From: Limisphaerales bacterium
Lineage (GTDB): Bacteria > Verrucomicrobiota > Verrucomicrobiia > Limisphaerales > UBA9464
NCBI GenBank assembly: GCA_965283655.1
Contig: CBDIPJ010000015.1
Span: 39,339 to 103,338 of the forward strand
Reading direction: 5' to 3'
DNA: 64,000 bases
The translations under genes were made by a program, and so were the position numbers. Each line of letters begins with the position of its first letter. Position 1 is the first letter of the stretch. A model generated the notes under the pieces. The model was not told the DNA's origin. It worked only from the letters and a program-made list of their open reading frames with translations, and made no database searches. This document shows, piece by piece, positions 8,516 to 18,270 of the stretch.

Positions 8516-11500
8516 TCAATCGACGAAGACGAACTCGTTCGATGAGAGGAGCACCTGGGCGTACTTGCCCCAGGGTTCGAGGGGGATCGGATCCTGGGTC
8601 GGACCGCGGAAGTCGCGACCGGCATCCCAGACCCGGATGAGGCTGCCCGCGGGGGCGGATGGTGGCGTACGATGGGTCAGGACCGGCGCCCATTTGAAGG
8701 AGTCGGTGTTCTCCGAATCGATCATGTCGACGATGAAGTCGAGGGTGTCGCCCTGAAGGACGGGCACGGAAGACAGAGCGGTCCGCACCTTGGAGGAATT
8801 CGCGGTCCATTCGGCGACGAGCCCCAGGCGGCTGGAGACGAGCCGGGCGCGGACGCCATCACCCACCTTGCCCGGGTGATCGAGTTCGCCGGACAGTTCG
8901 AGCGTGGCGTCCATCCGGGCGGTCCAGCGGCGGGTGACGGAGAACTCCTGCGAACCGCCCGGGTGCCCTTCGCGGGCGGAGAGCGACGCGTGGCTGCGGG
9001 GACCTTCGGCGGGGAACTTCGCGGCCGCCTGCCAGCGGTTGTCCTTGAACGTCGGGAAGGGGCGGAAGTCGACGATCCGTTGGCTGTTGGTGTCGAATCG
9101 GCCGGTGCCGTACGACCAGGCCGCGGCCATGGGCGGTTCGTGGGGAACCCCGACCTGCGAGCGGACGAAGGCGAGGGCCATGGCCGATTCCTCGCGGCCC
9201 GGGGCCCGTTGGAACACCCGCTGGTAGAGCCATCGCACGCGCTCGGCGTCCGATGGCAGAGCGGTGAACTCGCGTCGTGTGGTGGCGGCGCGGGCCAGTT
9301 CGATGAGGAACGCATTGTTCATCATGAACAGCGCCTGCTGCGGAACCGTGGTCTGGAAGCGTTGCGGCGAGGTGGTGTCCGGATTGGCGAAATCGAAGGA
9401 GCGCAGGATCCCGGGGAGGTTCTGGCGGTCGATGAATCCGTAGAGCGTGCGGCGGGGCGTGGTCTTGTCCTGAAACATGTCGACGGGCAGGCCTCCGAGG
9501 GTTTCGTCGAGGCTGCCGGTGACGTAGAGCAGCGAATCGCGCAGGGCTTCGAAATCGAAGCGTTTCCGGTTCATCCGCCAGTGCCAGGTGTTGGCCGGGT
9601 CGAGGCGGGCGTTGTGGTCGAAGCGGGCCTGGATCTCCCTGGAGTCCCCCGGATCGCTGGCCTGGCGATAGGTGGCCGAGCACAGGATGTCGCGGTGGAG
9701 TTGCTTGAGGGACCATCCGTTCTCCATGAACCGCACGGCGAGGAAGTCGAGCAGGGCCTGATCGGCCGGGGGTTCGGTGCGGACGCCGAAGTCCGCGGTG
9801 GTCTTGACGAGGGGCGCTCCGAAATGACGGCCCCAGACCCGATTGACGAGAACGCGTGCGGTGAGCGGGTTGTCGGGTCGGGTGAGGGCGCGTGCGAGCT
9901 CAAGGCGTCCGCTGCCGTCGGCGAAGGGCTTGCGGTTCGGGCCTTCGAGGATGCCCAGGAACTGGCGGGGGACCTGGGCTCCGCGGTTCCCGGCGTTGCC
10001 GCGCTTGAAGATGACGGGTTCCACGGCGGCGGGCTTGTCGACCAGCGCCATCGCGCGGAGAGGGGCGCCGTTGTGGGTGGCGTCCAGTTCGTCGAGCTTA
10101 CGCTTGAGTGCCCGGCTCTTCTGGGCCACGGGGACGTCGAAGAAGCGGTTGATGTCCCCGGTGGATTCGGTGATCGGCGAGTCCGGAGCGTGCAGGAACG
10201 CCCGCAGGGGTTCCTGGGTGGCGTCCGCCAGGGTGGCCGGCTCCGGTGTGCCGTTCTTGCGGGCCTCTTCGCGCGCGTCCTTCCACGCCTTGTCGGCCGC
10301 GGCCAGGATCCGACCGAACCGCGTGCCGAGGTCCGTGAGGTTGGTGGGCGACTGCTGGCGCAGGCCGGCGAGAAGGGCGGGATTGAACGGGGTGTTGGCC
10401 GGAGGATTTGCGGTCAGCGTCCCGAGGCGATTGGAAATGCCGGTCGCGAAGTCGTTGGTGTCCGTCCGGGCGAGGTCGATCCACAGGGACAGGATCGGGT
10501 GATGGGTGGTCGCCGCCTTTTCGAGTTGGCGTTTCCACGCCCCGACGAGGCCCGGGTCCATGCTGCGCGACCGGGCGACGCCTTCGGTGGCGGAGCCGTC
10601 CGACTTCAGGGTTTCGTGGGCGCAGAGGATGTACTCGCCGGCGCGATCGCGGAGTTTCTGGATCACGGCGGCGGTCTGGTCGGCGCGATAGTCGGCGAGT
10701 TCCTTTTCGCGTCGGGCGCGTTCCTCGGCGTAGAGCGCGGCGGCGTGTGGGTTGGGATTCTCGCCGAGCAGGGGCTTGTCGCCGGGTTCCTGGCTCGAGG
10801 CGAAGACGCCGTAGAGGGAATAGTAATCGGCGGTGGGGATGGGATCCGACTTGTGGTCGTGGCAGCGGGCGCAGGCAACGGTCAGGGCCTGGGTGCCGCG
10901 GAAGACCACGTCGATGCGGTCATCGATGATGTCGGCCTCGTTGTTGAGGAACCGACGACCGAGGGTGAGAAACCCCAGCGCGGCCATGGGCCATGGATCC
11001 TCGGGAGTGGCGAGGCGATCGCCGGCGATCTGCTCCTGGAGGAACCGGTCGTAGGGCAGATCCCGGTTGATCGACCGGACCACCCAGTCCCGGTAGGTGT
11101 GCGAGTAGGCGTAGCGGCGCTCCTCTTCGAACACGTATCCCTTGGAATCCGCGTAACGGGCGATGTCGAGCCACCAGCGACCCCAGCGTTCGCCATAGCG
11201 GGGCGAGGAGAGCAGGCGATCCACGGCTTTTTCGTAGGCGTCGGGGGAACGGTCGGCGAGGAAGCGGGCCATGTCCTCGGCGGTGGGCGGAAGGCCGGTG
11301 AGATCATGGGTGATCCGGCGCAGAAGAACGGCGCGCGGTGCCTCGGGGGCCGGGGCGAGGCCATGCGTTTCCATGCCAGCCAGGACGTAGTCATCCAGTT
11401 CCGTCCGGGTCCAGTCGGGTTTCCGCACCTGGGGTTTCGGTGGGAGTACCGGACGTTTGAAGGCCCAGTGGGTCGCCGGATCCGGCAGCGTCGCGGCGGC

Positions 11501-11920
11501 TTGGTCGGTACGCGGATCGGGTGCGCCGATGCGGATCCACTCCTCGAGGGTTGCGATCTGTTCGGCGGAAAGCGGTGTCCGGCCATCGCCCTTGGGCGGC
11601 ATCGGATCGAGGTCTTTGGCGGTGCCGCGGACGGCGCTCAGGAGGAGGCTTTCGCCGGGTTTTCCTGGAATGACTGCAGGTCCGGTGGCGCCGCCCTTTT
11701 CCCAGCCGGAGCGGACGTCGAGCCGCAAGCCTCCCTTGGTCTTGGATGCGGCCGCGCTGTGGCAGGGATAGCAGTGGTCGACGAGGATCGGGCGAACGCG
11801 CTTCTCGAAGAATTTCACGGGCTCGGCATCAGCCGCCCGTGCGATGGGCAGGGCGAAGGCGGCCAGCAGCAGGGCTGCCGGGAGCGGGAAACGCAGGATT
11901 GGACGAAGCGCGGGATGCAT
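8516..11920 (-). CDS. PSCyt1/DUF1549/DUF1553 (PSD) family protein
   Basis: Signal peptide MHPALRPILRFPLPAALLLAAFALPIARA. Heme-binding-like motif FFEKRVRPILVDHCYPCHS...GGLRLD. The architecture is long DUF1549/DUF1553-like with a CARCHDHKSDP motif. I prefer the Met at 11920 over the track start. Confidence 0.85.
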   Translation of the reverse strand: MHPALRPILRFPLPAALLLAAFALPIARAADAEPVKFFEKRVRPILVDHCYPCHSAAASKTKGGLRLDVRSGWEKGGATGPAVIPGKPGESLLLSAVRGTAKDLDPMPPKGDGRTPLSAEQIATLEEWIRIGAPDPRTDQAAATLPDPATHWAFKRPVLPPKPQVRKPDWTRTELDDYVLAGMETHGLAPAPEAPRAVLLRRITHDLTGLPPTAEDMARFLADRSPDAYEKAVDRLLSSPRYGERWGRWWLDIARYADSKGYVFEEERRYAYSHTYRDWVVRSINRDLPYDRFLQEQIAGDRLATPEDPWPMAALGFLTLGRRFLNNEADIIDDRIDVVFRGTQALTVACARCHDHKSDPIPTADYYSLYGVFASSQEPGDKPLLGENPNPHAAALYAEERARREKELADYRADQTAAVIQKLRDRAGEYILCAHETLKSDGSATEGVARSRSMDPGLVGAWKRQLEKAATTHHPILSLWIDLARTDTNDFATGISNRLGTLTANPPANTPFNPALLAGLRQQSPTNLTDLGTRFGRILAAADKAWKDAREEARKNGTPEPATLADATQEPLRAFLHAPDSPITESTGDINRFFDVPVAQKSRALKRKLDELDATHNGAPLRAMALVDKPAAVEPVIFKRGNAGNRGAQVPRQFLGILEGPNRKPFADGSGRLELARALTRPDNPLTARVLVNRVWGRHFGAPLVKTTADFGVRTEPPADQALLDFLAVRFMENGWSLKQLHRDILCSATYRQASDPGDSREIQARFDHNARLDPANTWHWRMNRKRFDFEALRDSLLYVTGSLDETLGGLPVDMFQDKTTPRRTLYGFIDRQNLPGILRSFDFANPDTTSPQRFQTTVPQQALFMMNNAFLIELARAATTRREFTALPSDAERVRWLYQRVFQRAPGREESAMALAFVRSQVGVPHEPPMAAAWSYGTGRFDTNSQRIVDFRPFPTFKDNRWQAAAKFPAEGPRSHASLSAREGHPGGSQEFSVTRRWTARMDATLELSGELDHPGKVGDGVRARLVSSRLGLVAEWTANSSKVRTALSSVPVLQGDTLDFIVDMIDSENTDSFKWAPVLTHRTPPSAPAGSLIRVWDAGRDFRGPTQDPIPLEPWGKYAQVLLSSNEFVFVD

Positions 11921-12026
11921 CAGTGGCGAGTGTCCCCAGTCTTCCGGGTCCCGGGGACATGTCAAAAACGGAGTTGGCCAACCGGCTATTCAGTCGGTCT
12001 TGGGACTTCGTGCCGCGCCGCGTGGA

Positions 12027-13319
12027 TTACTGGGGCGAACGCGGGGTCTGGGCGGGTTGGACGCGGGTCCGTTCCCCGCGGATTTCCGGCAGCAGGATGG
12101 CGGTCGCGATCAGGATGAGTCCTCCCGCAAACCACCCCATGGTCGCGGGTGTGGAATGCTGGATTACCTGGAAAGCCAGGAACGGGGCCAGCACGCCGCG
12201 CACGCCGGTCAGGAAGGTGTGCACGGACATGTAGTCCGCGACCCGATCGGGCGGGGCGAACTTCGTGACCCACAAGGCCCACGCGACGTCGCCGCCGGCA
12301 TTCGAGATCCCGTAGATGATGGCGCCCACGACCAGGCCCACGGGGGAATCCGTGGTGAAGAAGGCGGCGATCCCGAGGGCGAAGCCGACGTTGAGGGTGC
12401 AACGCAGCACGAAGAAGTTCATCCGGTCGAAGAGGCGGCCCCAGACCGGACTGAGGAGGAGGCGGGCGACGTTGGGGATGATCAGGGTGAGCAGGGCGAT
12501 TTCGGTGGCCGACTTCGCGAGGCCGTACTTGGGGTTCCCGAGGTATTCCACGCGGAGGGGCAGCATCGCGAGGTTCGCGAAGCCCATGAGCATCCAGGCG
12601 ATCAATGCCTGTCGGAAGACGCGGTCGCTGCGCACGTATTTCCATGCGTGCAAGGGATGGGCGCCCGCCGTGGCCGTCAGCGGCGAGGACGGCACCGGGG
12701 ACACGCTCCATGCGGCAGCGCCGAACGCCAGGCCGAAGAACAGGACCAACGCACGCTCGCGTCCGGGCACGGTGTCGACCCAGTGGAGTGCAGGGCGGAG
12801 GACCTCCGGCAGCCAGGAGGCAGCGCGGGGTTCGAGCCACAGTCCGGCGACGCCTGCGAACAGGATGGCCGCGCCGATCCGGATCATCACCGATTGGGAG
12901 TACAGCCGTCCGCGGCGTTCCGCGGGATAGTTGTCCTGATAGATCTGGGTCAGCAGCGGGATGACCGAGTAGAGGGTGGCCATCGCGACCACGCAGGCGA
13001 GGGCATAGAGCAGGCCCCAGGCACGGGGCGCGAGGGCGGCCACCGCCATGGCGATGGACCCGACGGTAAGGATGCGGGCGGCCGCCTGGCTGGGTCGGCC
13101 TCCGCGCTTCTGGACCTGGTTGACCGTCAGCGGCGTCAGCAGCAGGCCAACGCTGCCGCCGGCGGCCACCAGCGCTTTAGAGAGCGGGCCGGCGTCGAAG
13201 TGCCGGGTGGCGATCAGCAGCAGGAAGGTGTTCCCCGCGGTCTCGATGATCCCGGAGCAAAGGGATCGCCACCGTTCCCGGCGAACGGTGATTTCGGCAT
13301 TGGTGATGGGTGTTTCCAC
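12027..13319 (-). CDS. MFS transporter
   Basis: 430 aa with about 12 hydrophobic segments throughout. The start is a GTG whose first codons lie inside repeat-homologous sequence (see findings). Confidence 0.75.
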   Translation of the reverse strand: METPITNAEITVRRERWRSLCSGIIETAGNTFLLLIATRHFDAGPLSKALVAAGGSVGLLLTPLTVNQVQKRGGRPSQAAARILTVGSIAMAVAALAPRAWGLLYALACVVAMATLYSVIPLLTQIYQDNYPAERRGRLYSQSVMIRIGAAILFAGVAGLWLEPRAASWLPEVLRPALHWVDTVPGRERALVLFFGLAFGAAAWSVSPVPSSPLTATAGAHPLHAWKYVRSDRVFRQALIAWMLMGFANLAMLPLRVEYLGNPKYGLAKSATEIALLTLIIPNVARLLLSPVWGRLFDRMNFFVLRCTLNVGFALGIAAFFTTDSPVGLVVGAIIYGISNAGGDVAWALWVTKFAPPDRVADYMSVHTFLTGVRGVLAPFLAFQVIQHSTPATMGWFAGGLILIATAILLPEIRGERTRVQPAQTPRSPQ

Positions 13320-13458
13320 AGCCTCCTGACGTCGTCTGCTACGATTGCGGTGTTTCCACAGCCTCCTGACGTCGTCTGCTACGCTGGGCGGTTCTTCCGC
13401 AGCCTCCGGACGTCGTCTGCTACGTCAACGGGGGGTAGCAGACGAGGTGACGAGGCTG
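13319..13458. repeat. Family A cluster: P-P-P(variant)-Q' (40/41-bp spacing)
   Basis: CAGCCTCCTGACGTCGTCTGCTAC at 13319 and 13359, the variant CAGCCTCCGGACGTCGTCTGCTAC at 13400, and the inverted partner GTAGCAGACGAGGTGACGAGGCTG at 13435-13458. Confidence 0.9.
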
Positions 13459-13486
13459 TTGGGAGGGTGGCGAGTGCCATGTCCGT

Positions 13487-14611
13487 TCAGTGATCGGGTT
13501 GGGTGGCAGGGTTGATGGGGGCGGCGGAACGCGGCGAGAAGGCGCGGAAATCCTCGCCGAGGGCGGCGGCGACGGTGGCGGCGACCTGTGCCTGCAGGAT
13601 CATGGGCGAGTCGGTGCGTTCGCCCAGCGGGGCGATGCCAGGACCCATCATGGCGAGCCACATGTAGGCGGAATCGGCGATCTCGCGGCCATGGTTCTTC
13701 CAGGCGATGGGTGCCGGTCCGCGACCGTGGTCGACGGTGATGATGAAGGTGGTCTTGTCGCGGTACTGGGGCATGGACTGGCAGAGTTCCCAGAGGCCGG
13801 CGAGGAAGCGGTCGAACTCCTGGGTCGCGCGCAGGTAGCGCTCGTAGGCGCCCTCATGGGCCCAGTCGTCCGTTTCGCCAAAGGAGACGTAGAGAGCGCG
13901 GGGCTTCAGTTCCTTGATGGCATGGCGCGCGGCGTAGTTCACGAAGGTGTCGAGCAGCACGCCGCTCCACACGGTGCGACCATGTTCGACCATCTCGGTC
14001 AGGGCCGAAGGAACCTCCATGCGCCGGGTGCCGGGCGGGACGTCGAAACCCGACCAGATCGGGAGGCCCGAGCGCGGCCCGTTGAGGATCCACGGAAGCA
14101 CGTCCCAGTTGATGGCGGCGGCCACCTTGCCGCGATACGCGGGGAGGGTGTTGAGCCACTCGAAGACGTTCGTGTTGACGTTGAGGTTCTTGTCGTTGCT
14201 GTTGATCGCTGGATCGGGGATCCCGGTCAGGAACTCGTTGTAGCCGGGGTAGGAGAAGTTGTGGCCGTTGGAAACCCGCACGAGCGAACCCTTCTCGCGG
14301 TTTCCCCAGACCTGACCGCGCTTGGCGACGGTTCCCCAAAGGAAGGGCATCAGCAGGGCGCGCCGTTCCTCCGGCGTCTCGCGCCAGAGCTTCTTCCGGA
14401 CGGCGTTGGTGTCGGAGATGTTGCCATACACCTTGCTGATCATGGGTTCATCGACGCCCTGGAAGATTTCGTTCCAGCGGAGGCCGTCGGTGGTGATCAG
14501 GATGACGTTCTCCGCCTTGGCGGTGGGAGGTGTCTGGGCCTGGGCCGGACCGTTCAGGCCGAGCCCGGCAAGGACCCCGAGCAGCAGGAAAAGGGCACGC
14601 ATGTGCTTCAT
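13487..14611 (-). CDS. Secreted alkaline-phosphatase-superfamily enzyme (type I phosphodiesterase/nucleotide pyrophosphatase-like)
   Basis: Signal peptide MKHMRALFLLLGVLAGLGLNGPAQA, then VILITTDGLRWNEIF and ITVDHGRG metal-site-like motifs. I prefer the Met at 14611. Confidence 0.65.
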   Translation of the reverse strand: MKHMRALFLLLGVLAGLGLNGPAQAQTPPTAKAENVILITTDGLRWNEIFQGVDEPMISKVYGNISDTNAVRKKLWRETPEERRALLMPFLWGTVAKRGQVWGNREKGSLVRVSNGHNFSYPGYNEFLTGIPDPAINSNDKNLNVNTNVFEWLNTLPAYRGKVAAAINWDVLPWILNGPRSGLPIWSGFDVPPGTRRMEVPSALTEMVEHGRTVWSGVLLDTFVNYAARHAIKELKPRALYVSFGETDDWAHEGAYERYLRATQEFDRFLAGLWELCQSMPQYRDKTTFIITVDHGRGPAPIAWKNHGREIADSAYMWLAMMGPGIAPLGERTDSPMILQAQVAATVAAALGEDFRAFSPRSAAPINPATQPDH

Positions 14612-14782
14612 GTGTCCATGGAAGCGCCGGAGTGCCGGTTTCGCGAGGAAAAGTCTGGTGACAACTGGGGCCGACGTGTCCCGGGGCGCGTCCAAGGTGT
14701 CCTTGAGACCGCGGCCATCGGTTGAGGCACGTGCAGCGCAGCAGGACCCGACACACGATCGTGTGCGGGGCAGCGTTCGGGA

Positions 14783-15163
14783 TCAAACGCTGCGGGTTGC
14801 GGAGGAGGGAAGGTAAGGGCGGCGGAAGGCGTCGTTGAAATCGAATCCGGCAGCGAAGTCCTCGCGGCGGTCCTGCTCGGTCTTCCGGAGTTCGCCTTCC
14901 TCGATGAGGTTGAAGACCAGTTCGCCGATGTCGGCGCAGGAGCGGATGCCCCATTCATCGAGGACGAGGAGGGACATGGGTCCGTACTCCTTGAGGGTAT
15001 ACTGGCGGATGCCCTCGAGGAGTTCGGTGACGGAGACGTGCCCGGGGCGGTTGTGGAGGAGTTGGGTGAAGTCGAGGGCCGCGCGGAGGTAAACGTAAGC
15101 CTCCCGGGGATAGCGGGGATCCCGGGCGACGAGTTTCTCCACGGACGCGTCGAAATCGCTCAT
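14783..15163 (-). CDS. Conserved PVC hypothetical protein (TIGR04138 / Minf_1886-like, from memory)
   Basis: 126-aa ORF with a clean ATG, reading MSDFDASVEKLVARDPRYPREAYVYLRAALDF...HVSVTELLEGIRQYTLKEYGPMS. The family assignment is recalled, not searched. Confidence 0.5.
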   Translation of the reverse strand: MSDFDASVEKLVARDPRYPREAYVYLRAALDFTQLLHNRPGHVSVTELLEGIRQYTLKEYGPMSLLVLDEWGIRSCADIGELVFNLIEEGELRKTEQDRREDFAAGFDFNDAFRRPYLPSSATRSV

Positions 15164-15167
15164 GGCA

Positions 15168-15296
15168 TCAACGGAAGGAGGCTGGGTGGGAGGGTGGTTC
15201 CCGGTGCCGGATCAGGTGACGCCCGAGGGCGCCACCGGTGATCAGGATGAGGAGGATCCAGACGGCGAGTTGTTCCTGGCGCGTAAGGCGCGACAT
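15168..15296 (-). CDS. Possible 42-aa single-pass membrane peptide
   Basis: ATG at 15296 gives MSRLTRQEQLAVWILLILITGGALGRHLIRHREPPSHPASFR with a stop at 15168. It is wedged between the leuS stop (15317) and the next ATG (15163). It is too short for the ORF track. Confidence 0.3.
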   Translation of the reverse strand: MSRLTRQEQLAVWILLILITGGALGRHLIRHREPPSHPASFR

Positions 15297-15316
15297 GCCG
15301 GGAGGGTAACACGCGA

Positions 15317-18058
15317 TCAGCCAACGACAATGTTCACCATCCGCTTGGGCACGACGATGACCTTGCGGACGGTCTTTCCGGCGAGGAAGGGCTGGGCCTT
15401 CTCGGCGGCGAGGGCGAGGGCCTCGAGTTGCGCGTTGGTGGCGTCGTTGGCGACCCGGAGGACGTCGCGCAGCTTGCCGTTCACCTGGACGGGCAGTTCG
15501 TAGGAATCCTCGACGAGGAGGGCCGGATCGAACGTGGGCCAGGGCGTGTAGGTGAGGCTGGGGACGGCCTTGCCGAGGTGGTTGTGCAGGCGTTCCCAGA
15601 GTTCCTCGGCGAGGTGCGGGGAGAACGGCGCGAGGAGTTGGAGGAAGGTGGCCAGCGCGGCGGCGGGCTTGACCTGCCAGTTCAGGGCGTCGTTGGCGAA
15701 GATCATCATCGCCGAGATGGCGGTGTTGAAGCGCATGCCTTCGAGGTCCTCGGTGACCTTCTTGATGCAGGCGTGGAGGGCCTTGAGTTGCGCGGGTTCA
15801 CCGGGGACGTCGGCGATGGCGGTCGAGAGCTTCACCTTGGACAGGTGCTGGTCGCCGATGGACGGATCCACGGCGCAGGCCTGCTCGAACTCGGCCTCGG
15901 ACTTGTCATCGACGAACACGCGCCAGACGCGGCCGAGGAATCGGTACACGCCCTCGACGCCCTGGGTATTCCAGGGCTTGGTCTCGGAGAGCGGTCCCAT
16001 GAACATCTCATAGAGGCGGAAGGCGTCCGCGCCGTACTCCTTGAGGACGTCGTCCGGGTTCACGACGTTGCCGCGGGACTTGGACATCTTCTGGCCGTCG
16101 GAACCGAGGATGAGCCCCTGGTTGACGAGTTTGTAGAACGGCTCGGGGGTGGAGACGTGGCCGAGGTCGAAGAGGATCTTGTGCCAGAACCGGGCGTAGA
16201 GCAGGTGCAGCACGGCGTGCTCGGTACCGCCGACGTAGAGGTCGACGCCGGGCGTGGGCGCGGGTCCGTTGCCTGGGATGGCGGCGGCGGCGCTCATCCA
16301 GTAGGTCTCGGCCTCCTTGCTGGCGAAGGCCTCGCCGTTGCGGGCATCGAGGTAGCGCAGGTAGTACCAGCACGAACCGGCCCACTGGGGCATGGTGTTG
16401 GTCTCGCGCAGGACGTTGCCGGGGAGATTGACCCAGTCGGCGGCGCGGGCGAGGGGCGGTTGGCCGTCCGCGGTGGGCTTGTAGTCCTCGAGGGAGGGCG
16501 GCAGCAGGGGAAGCTCGGACTCCGCGATGGCGGCGTGCTGGCGTGAGCCGTCCGAGGCGGGTTCCCAGAGGATGGGGAACGGTTCGCCCCAGTAGCGTTG
16601 GCGGCTGAAGAGCCAGTCGCGGAGCTTGAAGTTGATGGTCTTCTTGCCGAGGCCGCGGGATTCGAGCCAGGCCGAGATCGTGCGCTTGGCTTCGAGCGTG
16701 GGAAGGCCGTCGAGGGACAGGTCGGGACCGCTGGAGTTGACCGCGGTGCCCTCGTCACAGAAGCCCTGCCAGTCGGTCTTGGCATCGGGCGGTTGGACGA
16801 CCTGGACGATGGGGAGGTCGAACTTTCGGGCGAACTCGAAGTCGCGTTCGTCGTGGGCGGGCACGGCCATGATGGCGCCGGTGCCGTACGTGGAGAGGAC
16901 GTAGTCGGCGATCCAGACGGGGATGCGCTGGCCGTTGACGGGGTTGATGGCGAAGGCACCGGTCCAGACGCCGGTCTTCTCCTTGGCGAGTTCGGTCCGT
17001 TCGAGATCGCTGCGTCCGGCAGCCCAGGTCTGGTACTTCTCAACAGCCTCGCGCTGGGCGTCGGTGGTGATCTGCTTCACCAGGCGGTGCTCGGGCGAGA
17101 GCACCATGTAGGTGGCGCCGAACAGCGTGTCCGGACGGGTGGTGAACACGCGGATGCGTTCGCCGTGGCCGTCGAGGGTGAAATCCACCTCGGCGCCTTC
17201 GCTGCGGCCGATCCAGTTCCGCTGCATCTCCTTCAACGAATCGGACCAGTCGATGGTGTCGAGATCGTTGAGCAGGCGTTCGGCGAAGGCGGTGATGCGG
17301 AGCATCCACTGACGCATGGGCCGGCGGATGACGGCGAAGCCACCGACCTCGGACTTGCCGTCGATGACCTCTTCGTTGGCGAGGACGGTGCCGAGTTCGG
17401 GGCACCAGTTGACGGGGGCTTCCGAGACGTAGGCGAGGCGCTTGGAGTCGCGGTAGGTGCGGCGCTGGGCCTCGGTGGTGCAGTCCGCGGGGTAGGTCAG
17501 CGTGGAGACATGCTCGGCGCGCTGGGTGACCGGGTTGAACCAGCTGTTGTAGATCTGGAGGAAGATCCACTGGGTCCAGCGGAAGTATCCGGTGTCGGTC
17601 GTGTCGACCTCGCGGGACCAGTCATACGAGAAACCGAGGGACCGGATCTGCCGCTTGAAATTGGTGATGTTGGCGTTGGTGGTGACGCGCGGATGCTGGC
17701 CGGTCTTGATGGCGTATTGCTCGGCCGGCAGGCCGAAAGCGTCCCAACCCATCGGGTGGAGGACATGGCGTCCCTGCGAGCGGCGGAACCGGGCGAGGAT
17801 GTCGGTCGCGGTGTAGCCCTCGGGATGCCCGACATGCAGACCGGCCCCGGAGGGATAGGGGAACATGTCGAGGATGTAGAACTTGGGCGGCAGGGCGGCG
17901 GCGGTGGCGGGTTGGCCCGCGAGTCCGTGTCGGAGGCCGAAGGGGTGGGCGGAGGGAACGACCTCGCCGGGATTGAACGCCTTGAAGGTCTGCTCGGCTT
18001 CCCAGCGGTCCTGCCACCGGGGTTCGATCAGATGAAATGGATACTGCCTGCGTGCCAT
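15317..18058 (-). CDS. leuS: Leucine--tRNA ligase
   Basis: 913 aa with the HIGH-type motif [21 protein letters not shown], and a typical LeuS N-terminus ([15 protein letters not shown]). Confidence 0.97.
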   Translation of the reverse strand: MARRQYPFHLIEPRWQDRWEAEQTFKAFNPGEVVPSAHPFGLRHGLAGQPATAAALPPKFYILDMFPYPSGAGLHVGHPEGYTATDILARFRRSQGRHVLHPMGWDAFGLPAEQYAIKTGQHPRVTTNANITNFKRQIRSLGFSYDWSREVDTTDTGYFRWTQWIFLQIYNSWFNPVTQRAEHVSTLTYPADCTTEAQRRTYRDSKRLAYVSEAPVNWCPELGTVLANEEVIDGKSEVGGFAVIRRPMRQWMLRITAFAERLLNDLDTIDWSDSLKEMQRNWIGRSEGAEVDFTLDGHGERIRVFTTRPDTLFGATYMVLSPEHRLVKQITTDAQREAVEKYQTWAAGRSDLERTELAKEKTGVWTGAFAINPVNGQRIPVWIADYVLSTYGTGAIMAVPAHDERDFEFARKFDLPIVQVVQPPDAKTDWQGFCDEGTAVNSSGPDLSLDGLPTLEAKRTISAWLESRGLGKKTINFKLRDWLFSRQRYWGEPFPILWEPASDGSRQHAAIAESELPLLPPSLEDYKPTADGQPPLARAADWVNLPGNVLRETNTMPQWAGSCWYYLRYLDARNGEAFASKEAETYWMSAAAAIPGNGPAPTPGVDLYVGGTEHAVLHLLYARFWHKILFDLGHVSTPEPFYKLVNQGLILGSDGQKMSKSRGNVVNPDDVLKEYGADAFRLYEMFMGPLSETKPWNTQGVEGVYRFLGRVWRVFVDDKSEAEFEQACAVDPSIGDQHLSKVKLSTAIADVPGEPAQLKALHACIKKVTEDLEGMRFNTAISAMMIFANDALNWQVKPAAALATFLQLLAPFSPHLAEELWERLHNHLGKAVPSLTYTPWPTFDPALLVEDSYELPVQVNGKLRDVLRVANDATNAQLEALALAAEKAQPFLAGKTVRKVIVVPKRMVNIVVG

Positions 18059-18150
18059 GTGCCGGGGATCATGGCGGCAAGGGGGGCTGCGTTTGAAGAT
18101 TGAAGTTTGGATGTGGAGCCGTGAGGGGAGTGGCCAGATTGAAGGCCGGT

Positions 18151-18185
18151 CTGGGAACTGGCGACTGGGGACTGGGAACTGCGAA
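18151..18185. repeat. Heptanucleotide tract (CTGGNNA x5)
   Basis: ctgggaa ctggcga ctgggga ctgggaa ctgcgaa, in the leuS/transketolase divergent spacer. Confidence 0.8.
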
Positions 18186-18270
18186 AAAACCGGTTTTCAA
18201 GGGCGCGGGTCGTCCGTAGGTTGCGCCGTCCGTGGCCGATGAAGGCCACGGTGATTCATTCCGACCCGCC

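Noticed and set aside
8672-12118. Very long ORFs antisense to clear genes (also 485-2263 minus, 15428-16546 plus, 16598-18103 plus, 18337-20295 minus, 39624-41174 minus, 43937-46708 plus, 21556-22953 minus)
   Set aside because: These are high-GC antisense artefacts. Their translations are Arg/Gly/Pro/Ala-rich with no recognisable motifs, and the opposite strand carries well-supported genes.
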